64,000 nt of DNA from Candidatus Binatia bacterium. Lineage in GTDB: Bacteria > Desulfobacterota > Binatia > UBA12015. The DNA lies in assembly GCA_029248525.1 (NCBI GenBank), contig JAQWJE010000014.1, positions 139,561 through 203,560 of the forward strand, in the 5' to 3' direction. The position numbers and the translations under genes are program-made. Positions within the stretch are counted from its first letter, which is position 1. Every line of letters begins with the position of its first letter. The notes beneath the pieces were generated by a model, which saw nothing but the letters and a program-made list of their open reading frames with translations, was not told the origin of the DNA and ran no database searches. Shown here piece by piece: positions 37,172 to 47,959 of the stretch.

Positions 37172-39115
37172 TCAGGCTGCTCCGTCACTGCTTCCATGCC
37201 ACGCCCGACGCAACGATTCCAGCGCGAGACGCAATTGGCCTTCGATTTCGAGTCGATCACCGCCAATTTCTCCGATGACACGCAGTGGAACCTCCGCGCG
37301 GAGAGCTCTCTCCTTGAACAAGGGGAGGTCCTCGGAGGCTACGCTCGCAAGAATTCGGGAGGGACTTTCGCCGAAAAGCCATGCCTCCGGCCGCAGAGAC
37401 TCCTCAGCCTGGCCCCGGAGTCCGAAAAGCGGCCCCGTGGCCTCATCGACACCGCAGGCATGCAGAACGCCCCTCATCAGTCCCCCGGCATTTAAACTGA
37501 GGGCACTTTGCAGCAGACCAGCTTCGCCCGATTTCCGGACCATATCCTGAAGCCGACGCTCCGAGCCGAGATCCACCCACGGCGGCACACCGTGGGAGCC
37601 TCCTCGAAAATGGACGTCATGGAGGCTCCCCCCCATTTCCTCGCGGGTCTGGCCCAAAAGGACCGCGAGATGACCATCCTGCCGGAAGCCCGACGGGACC
37701 AAATGGGTTGCCGTTGGCCGCCCGAGCGCCACCACCGCCGGCACTGACGCCCCAGCGCCTGCGGCCGTGGCCATTTCTATTGTGGTGCCCAGCGCGTCGG
37801 CGGCATGTCGGAGCCCCTCGTATACGAGATCGGCACCCGGTTCCTTCTCCCCCGGAAGGGTCAGCAAAAGCCCAAGAGGCTCAGCGCCCGCTGCTGCCAG
37901 TCCGCGAGTGACCCGACAAACGGCGAGACACGCGCCGATATAGGGGTCGAGGGAGCTGAAAGGCTGCGCCGAACCAACCGCCAGTGCGAGGAGGTCACGT
38001 CGTGCGCCGAGACGAAGCACGGCGACATCTCCGGCGAGATCGGGCAGTCCCTCAGATGCGCTCCCTCGCGAAGCTCTTCCCCGGGGTGACACTTCTCGGA
38101 AATCAGTCATCAACTCGAGGAGTGCGGCCTCCTGATCTTCGAATATCTCCGCCACCGGGGGCTGCCCGTGCTGCGGCAATACAAACTCGGGAGGTTTCTG
38201 GTCGCGACGGATCTCCTCGGGCCTCAGTCGCAGGGTCGCTCCCTCGGGCATGGGCAGGTCCAGCAGACGTTCGCCGCTGATGGCTCCGACCTCCCCCACC
38301 GTGACCTCTCCCGGCAGGGCCTCGACGAGACTCGTCTCCCCGCGGGCCGACACAAGAAAATCACCGGGCGCCTCACGCAACAAGGAGGAAATATCGGTCC
38401 GACCAGCGAAAAGCCGCAATCCAAGACCGGTGGTTTCCAACCAATCTGCCGCGGCCAGCAAACTTCCGTTTCGGCACGAACCGAACCAGGAAAGAATCTC
38501 CTGATCGACGGCATTACGAAGAGCCTGTCCCAGCGTGAGAATCCTCTCCGCATAGGATTCCGCCGAAACCTCAGGCAGCGAAATTCGAAAAACGGAATCA
38601 CCCACTCGGCCTCGACTCTCGTGATCTCGCCTCGGGACACGTGGTAGAACCCCCACGACGACAAGAACAAGCGTATCTTGTGGCGCGGGACTGCGCCCAC
38701 ACTCCCCGCCGCAAACCTCCAGGCCCAACTCTTCGGCGTGACGGGCGATCGACCCGCGCAACGCTCCGGCCTGACCAGAATCGGTCTGATTCTCGCTCCC
38801 CGCCGCCAATTGAACGCTATCCATCAGGGCGACAGGCTCCGCGCCGCGCGCCCTCAGCTCCAGACTTAACGAGCCGAGCAAGGCGGCGACCCCCGAACCC
38901 TCTGCCGGCAGAACCAACGCCCCCTGCGCCACCAGAACACGGCCACCCTGATCAAGACGAAACCCGCTCTCCGTGAACGAACCCCGTGCCTCACAACTCG
39001 CATTCTCCATCCACTGACGTCGACCGCGGGCGACCAGACAGTCTCGGTAGAGAAGTTCCTTGGTCGGGGCCTCCCCGTCGTTCGCCCGCTCCGGCTCAAT
39101 ATCGAGCGAGCTCAA
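37172..39115 (-). CDS. PurM-superfamily two-repeat protein, PurL-like (possible divergent/degenerate FGAM synthase subunit)
   Basis: 647 aa, directly upstream of purF. It has two AIR-synthase-related repeats (for example [31 protein letters not shown]). The canonical PurL motifs (SHNHPS, GGATGRDGIHGA) were not recognized. The corresponding positions read [15 protein letters not shown]. Confidence 0.45.
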   Translation of the reverse strand: MSSLDIEPERANDGEAPTKELLYRDCLVARGRRQWMENASCEARGSFTESGFRLDQGGRVLVAQGALVLPAEGSGVAALLGSLSLELRARGAEPVALMDSVQLAAGSENQTDSGQAGALRGSIARHAEELGLEVCGGECGRSPAPQDTLVLVVVGVLPRVPRRDHESRGRVGDSVFRISLPEVSAESYAERILTLGQALRNAVDQEILSWFGSCRNGSLLAAADWLETTGLGLRLFAGRTDISSLLREAPGDFLVSARGETSLVEALPGEVTVGEVGAISGERLLDLPMPEGATLRLRPEEIRRDQKPPEFVLPQHGQPPVAEIFEDQEAALLELMTDFREVSPRGRASRGSASEGLPDLAGDVAVLRLGARRDLLALAVGSAQPFSSLDPYIGACLAVCRVTRGLAAAGAEPLGLLLTLPGEKEPGADLVYEGLRHAADALGTTIEMATAAGAGASVPAVVALGRPTATHLVPSGFRQDGHLAVLLGQTREEMGGSLHDVHFRGGSHGVPPWVDLGSERRLQDMVRKSGEAGLLQSALSLNAGGLMRGVLHACGVDEATGPLFGLRGQAEESLRPEAWLFGESPSRILASVASEDLPLFKERALRAEVPLRVIGEIGGDRLEIEGQLRLALESLRRAWHGSSDGAA

Positions 39116-39609
39116 TCCGGAATCCGATCCGTCTTTCGTCCGGTATGACCGAAGCCGCCCGCACCCCGTTCCGTGGTCTCTCCAATCGGAAGATCATCCG
39201 CCCCGGTTCGCAAAAGGTCCCAGACGACCTGCACAACGGGAGTCACCACCAACTGTGCGATCCGCTCCAGAGGCTCGATCATCACCGACTCGCCACCAAG
39301 ATTGACAAGCGCGACGCGCAATTCGCCCCGATAATCGCTGTCGATGGTTCCGGGACTATTGAGCACGGTAATCCCCGAGCGCACCGCAAGACCGCTCCGC
39401 GGGCGAACCTGTCCCTCGAAGCCCGGAGGCACCGCTACCCCGAGTCCCGTCGAAACCAGAACGCGTTCTCGGGGCGAAATCTCGAGGGGTTGGGCGATGG
39501 CCGCACAAAGATCTACGCCCGCGGCACCGGAGGTCATATATTCCGGCAAGGGCGCCTCAATCTTTCCGATGCGCCAGATACCCGTTCGCAGAGAGCCCGC
39601 CATCCCCAT
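39112..39609 (-). CDS. dut: dUTP diphosphatase
   Basis: dUTPase motifs GAAGVDL, RSGLAVRSGI and GTIDSDYRGE. Confidence 0.85.
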   Translation of the reverse strand: MGMAGSLRTGIWRIGKIEAPLPEYMTSGAAGVDLCAAIAQPLEISPRERVLVSTGLGVAVPPGFEGQVRPRSGLAVRSGITVLNSPGTIDSDYRGELRVALVNLGGESVMIEPLERIAQLVVTPVVQVVWDLLRTGADDLPIGETTERGAGGFGHTGRKTDRIPD

Positions 39610-39615
39610 CCCTCA

Positions 39616-40890
39616 CTAGGTCAGGCGCATCGACGCGTCAGTCACGGAGCCTGCCGGCACCTTACCCAGCAGGGACACAAGAAGATCCTGCTTTCCGAAG
39701 AGCTCGGCTGCGAGCTCGCGGATATCGTCTTGAGTGACCGCATCAATGCGCTCGCTGATCTCATCAATTGGCACGCTTCGTCCCAATTGGATTTCGTTGA
39801 CCGCGATTCGCCGCATTCGGCTGACGCAACTTTCCAGGTTCAGCAGGATACTGCCCTTGATCTGACTTTTTGCCCGCGCGAACTCTCCGGCATCCAAGCC
39901 CTTCTCCCGAAGAGAAACCATTTCGTCCCGCACCAGCCCGACAACTTCCCCCACCGATTCAGCTCCCAGGGCTGCGTACACACCGACGCTGCCCGCATTC
40001 AGAGTGGAATCGAGAAACGAATAAATACTGTAGGCTTTGCCTCGCTTCTCGCGAACTTCCTGGAACAATCGCGAGCTCATTCCTTCGCCAAATGCGGTAT
40101 TGAGGACGAACGCGGCGAAACGTCGATCATCGAGGCTGGAAAGGCCGGGCACGCCGAGCAACATCTGAACCTGCTCGAGATCTCGTTGATGCACGTGCAG
40201 ACCCGTCGCGGTATCAGGCACCGTCAAAGCCGGCGGCTCCGTCACACCGGACAAATCCTCGAAAGCCTCCGAGGCCCAGGCCACCAAAGCTTCGTGATTC
40301 ACACAACCCGCTGCGGCAATGACGATTCGATCGGCACGATACCGTTCGCCGATAAATTGGATGAAGTCCTCACGATGCATCCCGGTCACCGTGTCCGGTG
40401 TGCCGCAGATCGGACGCGACAGGGCGTGATCTGGCCATAGCGCCGTATCAAAGAGCTGCTGGGCCTGCTGATCGGGGGAGTCCTCGCTCTCGGCGATTTC
40501 CGACAGGATCACGGTTCGCTCACGTTCGATCTCATCGGCAGGAAAAACAGCCTGACAAAAGACATCGCCCAGAACATCGAGTGCGAGAGGGAGATCGGTC
40601 CCGAGAACTCTTGCGTAATAGCAGGTCAGTTCCCGCCCGGTGAATGCGTTGAGCACGCCTCCGACAGCCTCGATCTCCTCGGCGATCTTTCGGGCGCTCC
40701 GCTTCTCGGTACCCTTGAAAAAAATATGCTCCAGGAAATGGGAAATACCATTTTCTGGAGCAGTCTCGTATCGAGAACCGTTCTCCACCCATATGCCGAC
40801 GGTGGCCGAACGGAACTGATCAATTTCCTCGGAGAGGACGCGGACACCGTTCCGAAGAACGGTGTCCTGCACCTCACCCCTGGTTTTCAA
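39616..40890 (-). CDS. M16 family zinc peptidase (pitrilysin-like)
   Basis: Inverted zinc motif HFLEH (GISHFLEHIFFKGT). 424 aa. It lies downstream of pnp. Confidence 0.8.
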   Translation of the reverse strand: MKTRGEVQDTVLRNGVRVLSEEIDQFRSATVGIWVENGSRYETAPENGISHFLEHIFFKGTEKRSARKIAEEIEAVGGVLNAFTGRELTCYYARVLGTDLPLALDVLGDVFCQAVFPADEIERERTVILSEIAESEDSPDQQAQQLFDTALWPDHALSRPICGTPDTVTGMHREDFIQFIGERYRADRIVIAAAGCVNHEALVAWASEAFEDLSGVTEPPALTVPDTATGLHVHQRDLEQVQMLLGVPGLSSLDDRRFAAFVLNTAFGEGMSSRLFQEVREKRGKAYSIYSFLDSTLNAGSVGVYAALGAESVGEVVGLVRDEMVSLREKGLDAGEFARAKSQIKGSILLNLESCVSRMRRIAVNEIQLGRSVPIDEISERIDAVTQDDIRELAAELFGKQDLLVSLLGKVPAGSVTDASMRLT

Positions 40891-43028
40891 TCGCTGCTTT
40901 CCTCGGAATCCTCGAAGTCTGCTTCCTTCTTCGACAGACGAATCTTGCCGTTCCGGTCCACTTCGAGCACCTTGACCCGCACAACGTCCCCCTCACTCAG
41001 AACATCGGTCACCTTGGCGACACGCTCATTCGAGATTTGTGAGATATGGAGCAGACCGTCACGACCCGGCAGCACTTCCACGAACGCACCGAAGTCCTTG
41101 ATCGAACGAACCGTGCCTTCATAAATCGTGCCCACCTCGGGCTCCGCGGTGATTTCCTTGACCCGACGAATCGCATGCTGGAGAGCAGGACCATCCGCCG
41201 AGGCGATCTGAACGGTGCCATCGTCCGACACGTCGATCGAACAACCGGTCTCTTCGACCAAACCGCGGATCACCTTGCCACCTGGGCCGATGATATCGCG
41301 GATCTTGTCCGTCGGGATCTTCACTGCCTCAATTCGAGGCGCGAAGGGCGACATTTCCGTCCGTGCGCTTGTCAGCTCCTTGGCCATCTCGCCAAGGATA
41401 TGAAGCCGACCGTCGCGGGCCTGCTCAATCGCCTTCTGCATCACGGCCTGAGTCACACCGGCAATCTTGATATCCATCTGAAGGGCCGTGATCCCCTCAG
41501 CGGTACCCGCAACCTTGAAGTCCATGTCGCCAAGGTGATCTTCGTCGCCCAGGATATCACTCAGAACAGCGATATCATCGCCTTCCTTGATCATTCCCAT
41601 CGCGATTCCAGCCACCGGCGCTTTGGTCGGCACACCCGCATCGTTCAATGCGAGAGAACCACCACAAACCGTTGCCATCGAAGACGAGCCATTCGACTCG
41701 AGAATCTCCGACACGATTCGCGCCACATACGGGAACTCCTCTTCCGTCGGAAGCACCGGCGTGAGAGCGCGCTCAGCGAGAGCTCCGTGACCGGTATCCC
41801 GACGACTCGGACCGCGCATGAACTTGACCTCGCCAACACTGAAGGGAGGGAAGTTGTAGTGCAACATGAAACGCTTCTTGACGTCGCCAAGCAGCCCATC
41901 GATTCGCTGGGTATCCCCGGAGGTACCGAGGGTTGCCGTCACGAGCGCCTGTGTTTCGCCGCGCGTAAACAGCGCCGAGCCATGTGTACGGGGAAGAACC
42001 GTCGTCTCACATGCAATCGGTCGGACCGTCGTCAGGTCACGTCCATCGAGACGCTTGCCTTCCTTCACGACCATCGAGCGGACAGCGTTGTATTTCAAGG
42101 TGCTGAACGCATCCGAAAGCTCGCCACCACGATCAGGGTACTCCTCAGCCAATGCTTCTTTGACTTGCGCCTTGGCTGCATCAAATTTTGCGTAACGCTC
42201 GAGTTTGGCCGGTTCGTTCATGGCGCCCTGGATCAGCGGCGTTCCAACTTCCGCGACTCGCGCGACCAGAGCCTCGTCGACATGCACTTCGGGTTTCGGG
42301 CGCTTGGGCTTGCCCGCGAGCTCAACCAGCTCTTCCTGAAGATCAAGAATCGGCTGCAAGCCGTCGTGCGCGAAGAACAACGCCTCCAGCATCTCGGCAT
42401 CGGGGACAACGTCGCCGCCGCCTTCGACCATCACGATCGCATCGCGGCTACCCGCAACGGTGAGGTTGATATCGCCATTGGCGAGATCGTCGGCACCAGG
42501 GTTGAGGATCAACTTGCCGTCGACACGGCCGACTCGGACCGCTGCGATGGGTCCGTCAAACGGAATATCCGAGATCGAGAGCGCCGCCGAGGCGCCGCAC
42601 ACCGAAAGAATATCCGGGTCGCAATCCTTCTCCGCCGAGAGCACCGTCGTGATGACCTGCGTCTCGCAACGCCATCCATCCGGGAACAGAGGACGAATGG
42701 GTCGATCCGTGACCCGACAGGTCAGGATTTCCTTTTCCGTCGGACGGCCTTCCCGCTTGAAAAAGCCTCCCGGGATTTTACCCGCTGCGTAGGTCTTTTC
42801 CTGATACTCGACCGTCAGCGGCATGAAATCCATACCCTCACGAGGCTTCGGCTGTGCCGTTGCCGTGACCAAAAGGACGGTGTCGCCATAACGCACGATA
42901 ACCGCACCGCCGGCCTGCTTGGCCATCCGTCCGGTTTCCATGGAAAGCGTACGACCGCCTACTTCAACTTCAACTACCTTCTTTTGCATAGTCCTCTCCC
43001 GTCGTGCCGCATCTTTTGCGACGGGCAC
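40887..43028 (-). CDS. pnp: Polyribonucleotide nucleotidyltransferase (PNPase)
   Basis: 713 aa. Two RNase PH domains plus KH and S1 (GAFVEVLPGRDGLLHISQI). It follows rpsO as usual. Confidence 0.9.
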   Translation of the reverse strand: MPVAKDAARRERTMQKKVVEVEVGGRTLSMETGRMAKQAGGAVIVRYGDTVLLVTATAQPKPREGMDFMPLTVEYQEKTYAAGKIPGGFFKREGRPTEKEILTCRVTDRPIRPLFPDGWRCETQVITTVLSAEKDCDPDILSVCGASAALSISDIPFDGPIAAVRVGRVDGKLILNPGADDLANGDINLTVAGSRDAIVMVEGGGDVVPDAEMLEALFFAHDGLQPILDLQEELVELAGKPKRPKPEVHVDEALVARVAEVGTPLIQGAMNEPAKLERYAKFDAAKAQVKEALAEEYPDRGGELSDAFSTLKYNAVRSMVVKEGKRLDGRDLTTVRPIACETTVLPRTHGSALFTRGETQALVTATLGTSGDTQRIDGLLGDVKKRFMLHYNFPPFSVGEVKFMRGPSRRDTGHGALAERALTPVLPTEEEFPYVARIVSEILESNGSSSMATVCGGSLALNDAGVPTKAPVAGIAMGMIKEGDDIAVLSDILGDEDHLGDMDFKVAGTAEGITALQMDIKIAGVTQAVMQKAIEQARDGRLHILGEMAKELTSARTEMSPFAPRIEAVKIPTDKIRDIIGPGGKVIRGLVEETGCSIDVSDDGTVQIASADGPALQHAIRRVKEITAEPEVGTIYEGTVRSIKDFGAFVEVLPGRDGLLHISQISNERVAKVTDVLSEGDVVRVKVLEVDRNGKIRLSKKEADFEDSEESSD

Positions 43029-43059
43029 GAGCCCAGGGGAAGGGCGTCGATGGCAGAGA

Positions 43060-43377
43060 TTAGCGGCGGATGCCGAGACGCTCGATAAGCGTCTTGTACC
43101 GCGCCAGATCTTTGCGCTTCAGGTAGTCGAGAAGACTCCTGCGCTGGCTGACCAATGTGATCAACCCGCGACGCGAATGATGATCTTTCGCGTGGGTCTT
43201 GAAATGCTCAGTCAGACCTTTGATGCGCTCCGTAAGGAGTGCGATCTGAACTTCCGGTGAACCGGTATCTTTCTCGTGCGCACGGTAACTCTCGACGAGT
43301 TCCGCTATTTGCGCTGAAGCCAACGCCACTTCGCTGATTTCCTTTCTTTTCTGCCTTGTCTGTTCTGTGGCTAACAT
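43060..43377 (-). CDS. rpsO: 30S ribosomal protein S15
   Basis: 105 aa. [39 protein letters not shown]. Confidence 0.9.
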   Translation of the reverse strand: MLATEQTRQKRKEISEVALASAQIAELVESYRAHEKDTGSPEVQIALLTERIKGLTEHFKTHAKDHHSRRGLITLVSQRRSLLDYLKRKDLARYKTLIERLGIRR

Positions 43378-44291
43378 CGGGCCGTTGGCCTGTAAAGGTC
43401 CACGGCATCAGGATAAAGCACACGGCGTAATTGCCACGAACCACCGGGATCGCAGTCCACGATCGCCAGAAGCTCTCCGGCGGGCTCCACAAGAGCGACT
43501 CTCGAGGCCCCTGCGGGGAGAGAGAGCCCGGAAAGACAGCCTTTCCCACCCACAGCGACCTGATAGGCTCGGGGCCCATCAACAGTAACCTGCGGTACGC
43601 CACGGAGCGCTTCCAGGCAGCTCAAAACAGGGATTTTTTCCGACGCGCACCCTTGAATAGCGTGCAGCTCATGGCACTCGGAGACCCCGAACGGTCCGAA
43701 GCGGGTCCGCCGCAGACTCGCCAATGTGGCCGGGCAGCCCAGCGCCGCCCCCACCTCCTCGGCCAAAACCCGAACGTAGGTTCCCTTCGAACATTCCACG
43801 GCAAAGCGAATCCGATCAAGCTCGCTGGTCAATTCGAGAGAAAACTGATCGATGCGGATGGGCCGCGGCTGACGCTCCACCTCGATCCCCGCTCGAGCCA
43901 TCTTGTAGAGCTGCTTTCCCTTGATTTTGACCGCCGAGTACATCGGTGGAATTTGCTCGCGGTGACCCAAAAATTTGGAAGCCACGCTTTCAAGAAGCTC
44001 GCTGGAGAGACCTGGCACCTCGCCTCGGGCAGTCTCCTGCCCCGTAATGTCGGCGGTGTCGGTCGCCAGACCGAGCAGAATTTCGCCGCTATAGCCCTTG
44101 TCTGCCGCGTCGAGAAACTGCGCAATTCGCGTTCCCCCATCCAGGCAGAGAGGCAAAACGCCCGTCGCCATCGGATCCAAGGTACCAAGGTGTCCGATCT
44201 TTCTGGGATGCAGTGTCCGCTTCAGAATCCTGATAATGCCCGCCGAAGTTTCCCCGCCCGGCTTGTCCACCAGAAGGACGCCATCAGGCAT
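43371..44291 (-). CDS. truB: tRNA pseudouridine(55) synthase
   Basis: The start was moved to the [11 protein letters not shown] context. Catalytic Asp motif [14 protein letters not shown]. Confidence 0.85.
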   Translation of the reverse strand: MPDGVLLVDKPGGETSAGIIRILKRTLHPRKIGHLGTLDPMATGVLPLCLDGGTRIAQFLDAADKGYSGEILLGLATDTADITGQETARGEVPGLSSELLESVASKFLGHREQIPPMYSAVKIKGKQLYKMARAGIEVERQPRPIRIDQFSLELTSELDRIRFAVECSKGTYVRVLAEEVGAALGCPATLASLRRTRFGPFGVSECHELHAIQGCASEKIPVLSCLEALRGVPQVTVDGPRAYQVAVGGKGCLSGLSLPAGASRVALVEPAGELLAIVDCDPGGSWQLRRVLYPDAVDLYRPTARC

Positions 44292-44724
44292 CGAAATCGT
44301 CCTCCGGATCGACAGCTGATCCGTCCTGCGGACCGATTTTCGTATCACGAATCAAGCTATCAATTCGACGCGCATGCTCGAGTTCGTCATCGTAGAAAAA
44401 CCGAAACGCCGGCGTATAGCGCAGCTGCATCTTGTCCGCGACATACTTGCGGAAGAACGGTGCTGCCCTCTCGAGTCCCCGGAGTGCCTCTTCGCGCGAG
44501 GCCTGCTCCTCTGACAGCAGGAGGAAATACACTGTCGCCAGCTTTAAATCAGGCGTCAGGCGAATGCGTGTCAGATTCACCTGACTGAGGCGCGGATCAC
44601 GGGCGTGATGCAGCAGAGCCTCAGCCAGGCACCGTTGCACCTCGCCGCCGACTCGATCCGAGCGCCGAACCTCATAACCACCGGCCGCTGGGTCCAGCGA
44701 AGGACGCTTACGTCTGCGAGCCAC
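44284..44724 (-). CDS. rbfA: Ribosome-binding factor A
   Basis: DPRLSQVNLTRIRLTPDLKLATVYF. It sits between infB and truB. Confidence 0.8.
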   Translation of the reverse strand: MARRRKRPSLDPAAGGYEVRRSDRVGGEVQRCLAEALLHHARDPRLSQVNLTRIRLTPDLKLATVYFLLLSEEQASREEALRGLERAAPFFRKYVADKMQLRYTPAFRFFYDDELEHARRIDSLIRDTKIGPQDGSAVDPEDDFDA

Positions 44725-44748
44725 GAGAGAGAGTGCCGCAATCCAGCC

Positions 44749-47604
44749 TTAGGAGGCCGCGTCCGAGACCTGAGACGGGCCTGCAACCTGTGAGGGCTCG
44801 ATCTTGCGAGCCACCTCTTCGACCTCGTAGACCTCGACCACGTCCCCGGGTTTCACATCCGAGAAACCTTCGATGCCGATACCGCACTCATAACCATGAG
44901 TAACCTCGCGAACATCGTCCTTGAATCGGCGCAAACTCCCGATCTTGCCCTCGTGGACGACCGCATGGTCGCGCAACAAGCGCGCCAGCGAACCGCGCAG
45001 AATCTTGCCGTCGGTCACGGTCGAGCCGGCGATCACGCCCGCTCCGCGAACGCCGAAGATCTCGCGGACCTCGGCGCGACCCACGTTCCTCTCGCGCAAC
45101 GATGGTGCGAGCATCCCTTCGAGGGCCTCGCGGACCTCGCGAATGGCGTCGTAGATAATCGTATAGAGGCGAAGGTCGACTCCCTCGGCTTCCGCCAGAG
45201 AGGCTGCCTTGTCGAGGGGACGGACATTGAAACCGATGATGACCGCATTGGAAGCCGAGGCCAAAAGCACGTCAGACTCGGTGATCCCGCCGACCGAAGC
45301 ATGGATCGTCTTGACCTGAACCTCGTCGTTGGAAACCCGAGAAAAAGCCTCGCGCAACGCGTCGACCGAGCCCTGGACATCGACCTTCAAGACGACGTTC
45401 AGTTCCTTGACCTTGGCTTTCTCAAGCTGCGAATAAAGGTCATCGAGCGAAACTTTCGAGCTGCGAGCCAGTTCCGTCTCGCGCTGCTTCTGCTGGCGAT
45501 GTTCGGCAATCTGCTTGGACTTCGCTTCATCTTGGACCACCGCAAAGGCGTCGCCCGCTGCGGGAACCCCGTCGAGGCCAAGGATTTCCACAGGCACCGA
45601 AGGGCCTGCTTTCTTGATTCGGTTGCCCTGCGAGTCGAGCATCGCGCGCAGCTTGCCATGCTGCAGCCCGACCACGAACGATTGTCCGGGCTCAAGAGTT
45701 CCCTCCTGCACCAGAACGGTAGCCACCGGACCGCGACCTCGGTCGAGCTTGGACTCGACAACGGTCCCTCGCGCCCGAACTTCCGGATTGGCCTTCAACT
45801 CGAGCAGTTCTGCCTGCAGAAGCACCATCTCGAGAAGATTGTCCAGCCCCTCACGGGTCTTGGCGGAAACCGGGCAGAAAATGGTGTCTCCGCCCCACTC
45901 CTCGGGAGCCAGACCGTGCTCGGCCAACTGGCCCTTCACTTTTTCGATATCTGCTTCGGCGCGATCGATCTTGTTCAGCGCCACAATCATCGGCACTTTC
46001 GCGGCACGAGAGTGGTTGATCGCCTCAATGGTCTGCGGCATTGGCCCATCATCGGCCGCCACGACCAGGATCACGATATCGGTCACCTGCGCGCCGCGGG
46101 CGCGCATCGAGGTGAACGCGGCGTGACCCGGCGTATCGATGAAGGTAATATTACGTTCGCCTACAGGCACGGAATAGGCACCAATATGCTGGGTGATACC
46201 GCCGGCTTCGCCGTCAGCGACCGTGGTACTGCGGATCTGATCCAGAACCGAAGTCTTGCCGTGATCGACATGGCCCATCACTGTGACGACGGGATCACGA
46301 GGGAGCGGTTCACCAACAGCCTCTTCGGCCTCGGTGCCATCGATCTCCTTGTCGGCATCAAAAGCAACGTTCTCGACCGTGTATTCGAATTCGCCGGCCA
46401 CCAAGGTTGCATGGTCCACGTCGAGCGACTGGTTAACCGTCGCCATCACGCCCATTTCCATGAGCTTCTTCAAGACTTCACCAGCCTTGAGCCCCATGGA
46501 TTTGGCCAACTCTCCCACCGAGATCACTTCGTGCATGCGAACGATCCGCTTGCGGGCCGAGGGCACGGTGATTTGAGTCGCCTGCTGCTCCTTGCCCGGA
46601 GTCGCCCGACGTTTCTGAGGACGCCTGCCGCGAGGTCGGTCGCCACCGCTGAACGGGTCCATCTGGGAACCGCGCCGGATGACTTTCTTGCCCTTCTTGC
46701 GTCGTCCTTCGGTCGCGGGAGGAGCATCGGTCCCGGGGCCTGGCTTGCCGCCTGCGGGCGCGGGTGCCGGCGCTGTCTTGAGTTCGATCTTCCCGAGCAC
46801 CTGAACGCGACGCATACCATCATCGAGAGCGGGGGTATCGTCCGCCATCAGAGCAGCCGGGCGCAGCGTCGAAGTTCGCTGGGGGACTTCGGGGGTGGGC
46901 GCGGGCGGTTCGGGAGCCACTGGCTCGGAGGGAGATTCATCGACCTTCGAACCGGCCGCGGCGGGTTCGCTTGGCTGGGGCTCAACCGTCGCGGGTTCAG
47001 GTGGAGCCGTAGTCTCAGCCGAGGCTTCCGCTGCTGTCCCGGAGGCCGTTTCCTTGGTGGTCGCCGCGGTATCCGCCGCGGGGACCTCATCTACAGCCGG
47101 TGCTTCGGTAGTGGGCGCGGGCTCGGTGGTAAAGTTTTCAATGCCCACATCGGATGGAGGCAGGTCGGGAATCAACCCGGAAGGCTCGGCCGATCCGGTC
47201 GAGCTATCCGAAGAGCTTCCCATATCCGGAAAATCGATCAGAGAGCCGTCATTACTTCCGCCAACATCACTCGGGGCGGTATCCTTGCGGCCCACCTCGA
47301 CGCGACGCCGACGGCGACGAATCACGTTCGGACGGACTCGAGCTTCGACCGTGGACTCACGGGAGGTGACTTCACCTTGTCCGTCTTTTTCGGTGACCAT
47401 ACGCTCACCGACCACCCGTTCGGTACCAACCGTGGGTTCTGCCGAGGGACCGCGTCCGAGTTGCAGAGCAAGACGCTCAACTTCAGGTTCCTGCAGGCTG
47501 CTCTGTGAGCGCTTGCCGGAGATCCCGAGAGTTTCGAGGCTGGCGAGCAGTTCCTTCGATTGAAGGTTCCATTCTTTCGCCAATTCGTGAATGCGCTTCG
47601 GCAT
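44749..47604 (-). CDS. infB: Translation initiation factor IF-2
   Basis: 951 aa. G-domain [28 protein letters not shown]. Pro/Ala-rich N-terminal region. Confidence 0.9.
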   Translation of the reverse strand: MPKRIHELAKEWNLQSKELLASLETLGISGKRSQSSLQEPEVERLALQLGRGPSAEPTVGTERVVGERMVTEKDGQGEVTSRESTVEARVRPNVIRRRRRRVEVGRKDTAPSDVGGSNDGSLIDFPDMGSSSDSSTGSAEPSGLIPDLPPSDVGIENFTTEPAPTTEAPAVDEVPAADTAATTKETASGTAAEASAETTAPPEPATVEPQPSEPAAAGSKVDESPSEPVAPEPPAPTPEVPQRTSTLRPAALMADDTPALDDGMRRVQVLGKIELKTAPAPAPAGGKPGPGTDAPPATEGRRKKGKKVIRRGSQMDPFSGGDRPRGRRPQKRRATPGKEQQATQITVPSARKRIVRMHEVISVGELAKSMGLKAGEVLKKLMEMGVMATVNQSLDVDHATLVAGEFEYTVENVAFDADKEIDGTEAEEAVGEPLPRDPVVTVMGHVDHGKTSVLDQIRSTTVADGEAGGITQHIGAYSVPVGERNITFIDTPGHAAFTSMRARGAQVTDIVILVVAADDGPMPQTIEAINHSRAAKVPMIVALNKIDRAEADIEKVKGQLAEHGLAPEEWGGDTIFCPVSAKTREGLDNLLEMVLLQAELLELKANPEVRARGTVVESKLDRGRGPVATVLVQEGTLEPGQSFVVGLQHGKLRAMLDSQGNRIKKAGPSVPVEILGLDGVPAAGDAFAVVQDEAKSKQIAEHRQQKQRETELARSSKVSLDDLYSQLEKAKVKELNVVLKVDVQGSVDALREAFSRVSNDEVQVKTIHASVGGITESDVLLASASNAVIIGFNVRPLDKAASLAEAEGVDLRLYTIIYDAIREVREALEGMLAPSLRERNVGRAEVREIFGVRGAGVIAGSTVTDGKILRGSLARLLRDHAVVHEGKIGSLRRFKDDVREVTHGYECGIGIEGFSDVKPGDVVEVYEVEEVARKIEPSQVAGPSQVSDAAS

Positions 47605-47608
47605 GCCT

Positions 47609-47959
47609 TTAGTCCTTCTTCCCTGCTGTCGATCGGATCGTGCTTCGTTCGGCCATCAACGCCGACCTTGCTGCGGTCGTCGGTCGAAAACGTAGTCCGG
47701 CGAGTGATTTTCGCCCCTGCAAGAACAAGTCTTCGCAAACCTGCGCTGCGTGAAGGTACGTACCGCGCCCACCTTCATTACGCCACTCCAGCCGGTCGCT
47801 GGCTCCGACTCGGGCCATTCGAGCCATTCGCGACTGGAGATCAGATTCACCGCAGCCCGCACAAATGCGGCGACTCGCAAAAGCCGGACGTTTCCCCGAT
47901 GGCCAGGGAAGGCTCGGGGCGCTCGTGCGTCCCCTGTCGATGCGGCGATTTCGCCTCAA
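47609..47959 (-). CDS. ylxR: YlxR/DUF448 family RNA-binding protein (nusA-infB operon member)
   Basis: RRICAGCGES...GRGTYLH...C motif region typical of DUF448. It overlaps the nusA stop by 4 nt and ends 5 nt before infB. Confidence 0.6.
   Translation of the reverse strand: MRRNRRIDRGRTSAPSLPWPSGKRPAFASRRICAGCGESDLQSRMARMARVGASDRLEWRNEGGRGTYLHAAQVCEDLFLQGRKSLAGLRFRPTTAARSALMAERSTIRSTAGKKD

Noticed and set aside
44896-47508. 870-aa plus-strand ORF opposite infB. There are similar long antisense ORFs at 25-1422, 16674-18047, 29505-31079, 32756-34048, 35226-36239 and 41046-43088.
   Set aside because: Their translations are low-complexity Arg/Gly/Pro-rich with no recognizable motifs. They exactly shadow strongly supported genes on the other strand. 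This is expected from stop-codon depletion in high-GC DNA.
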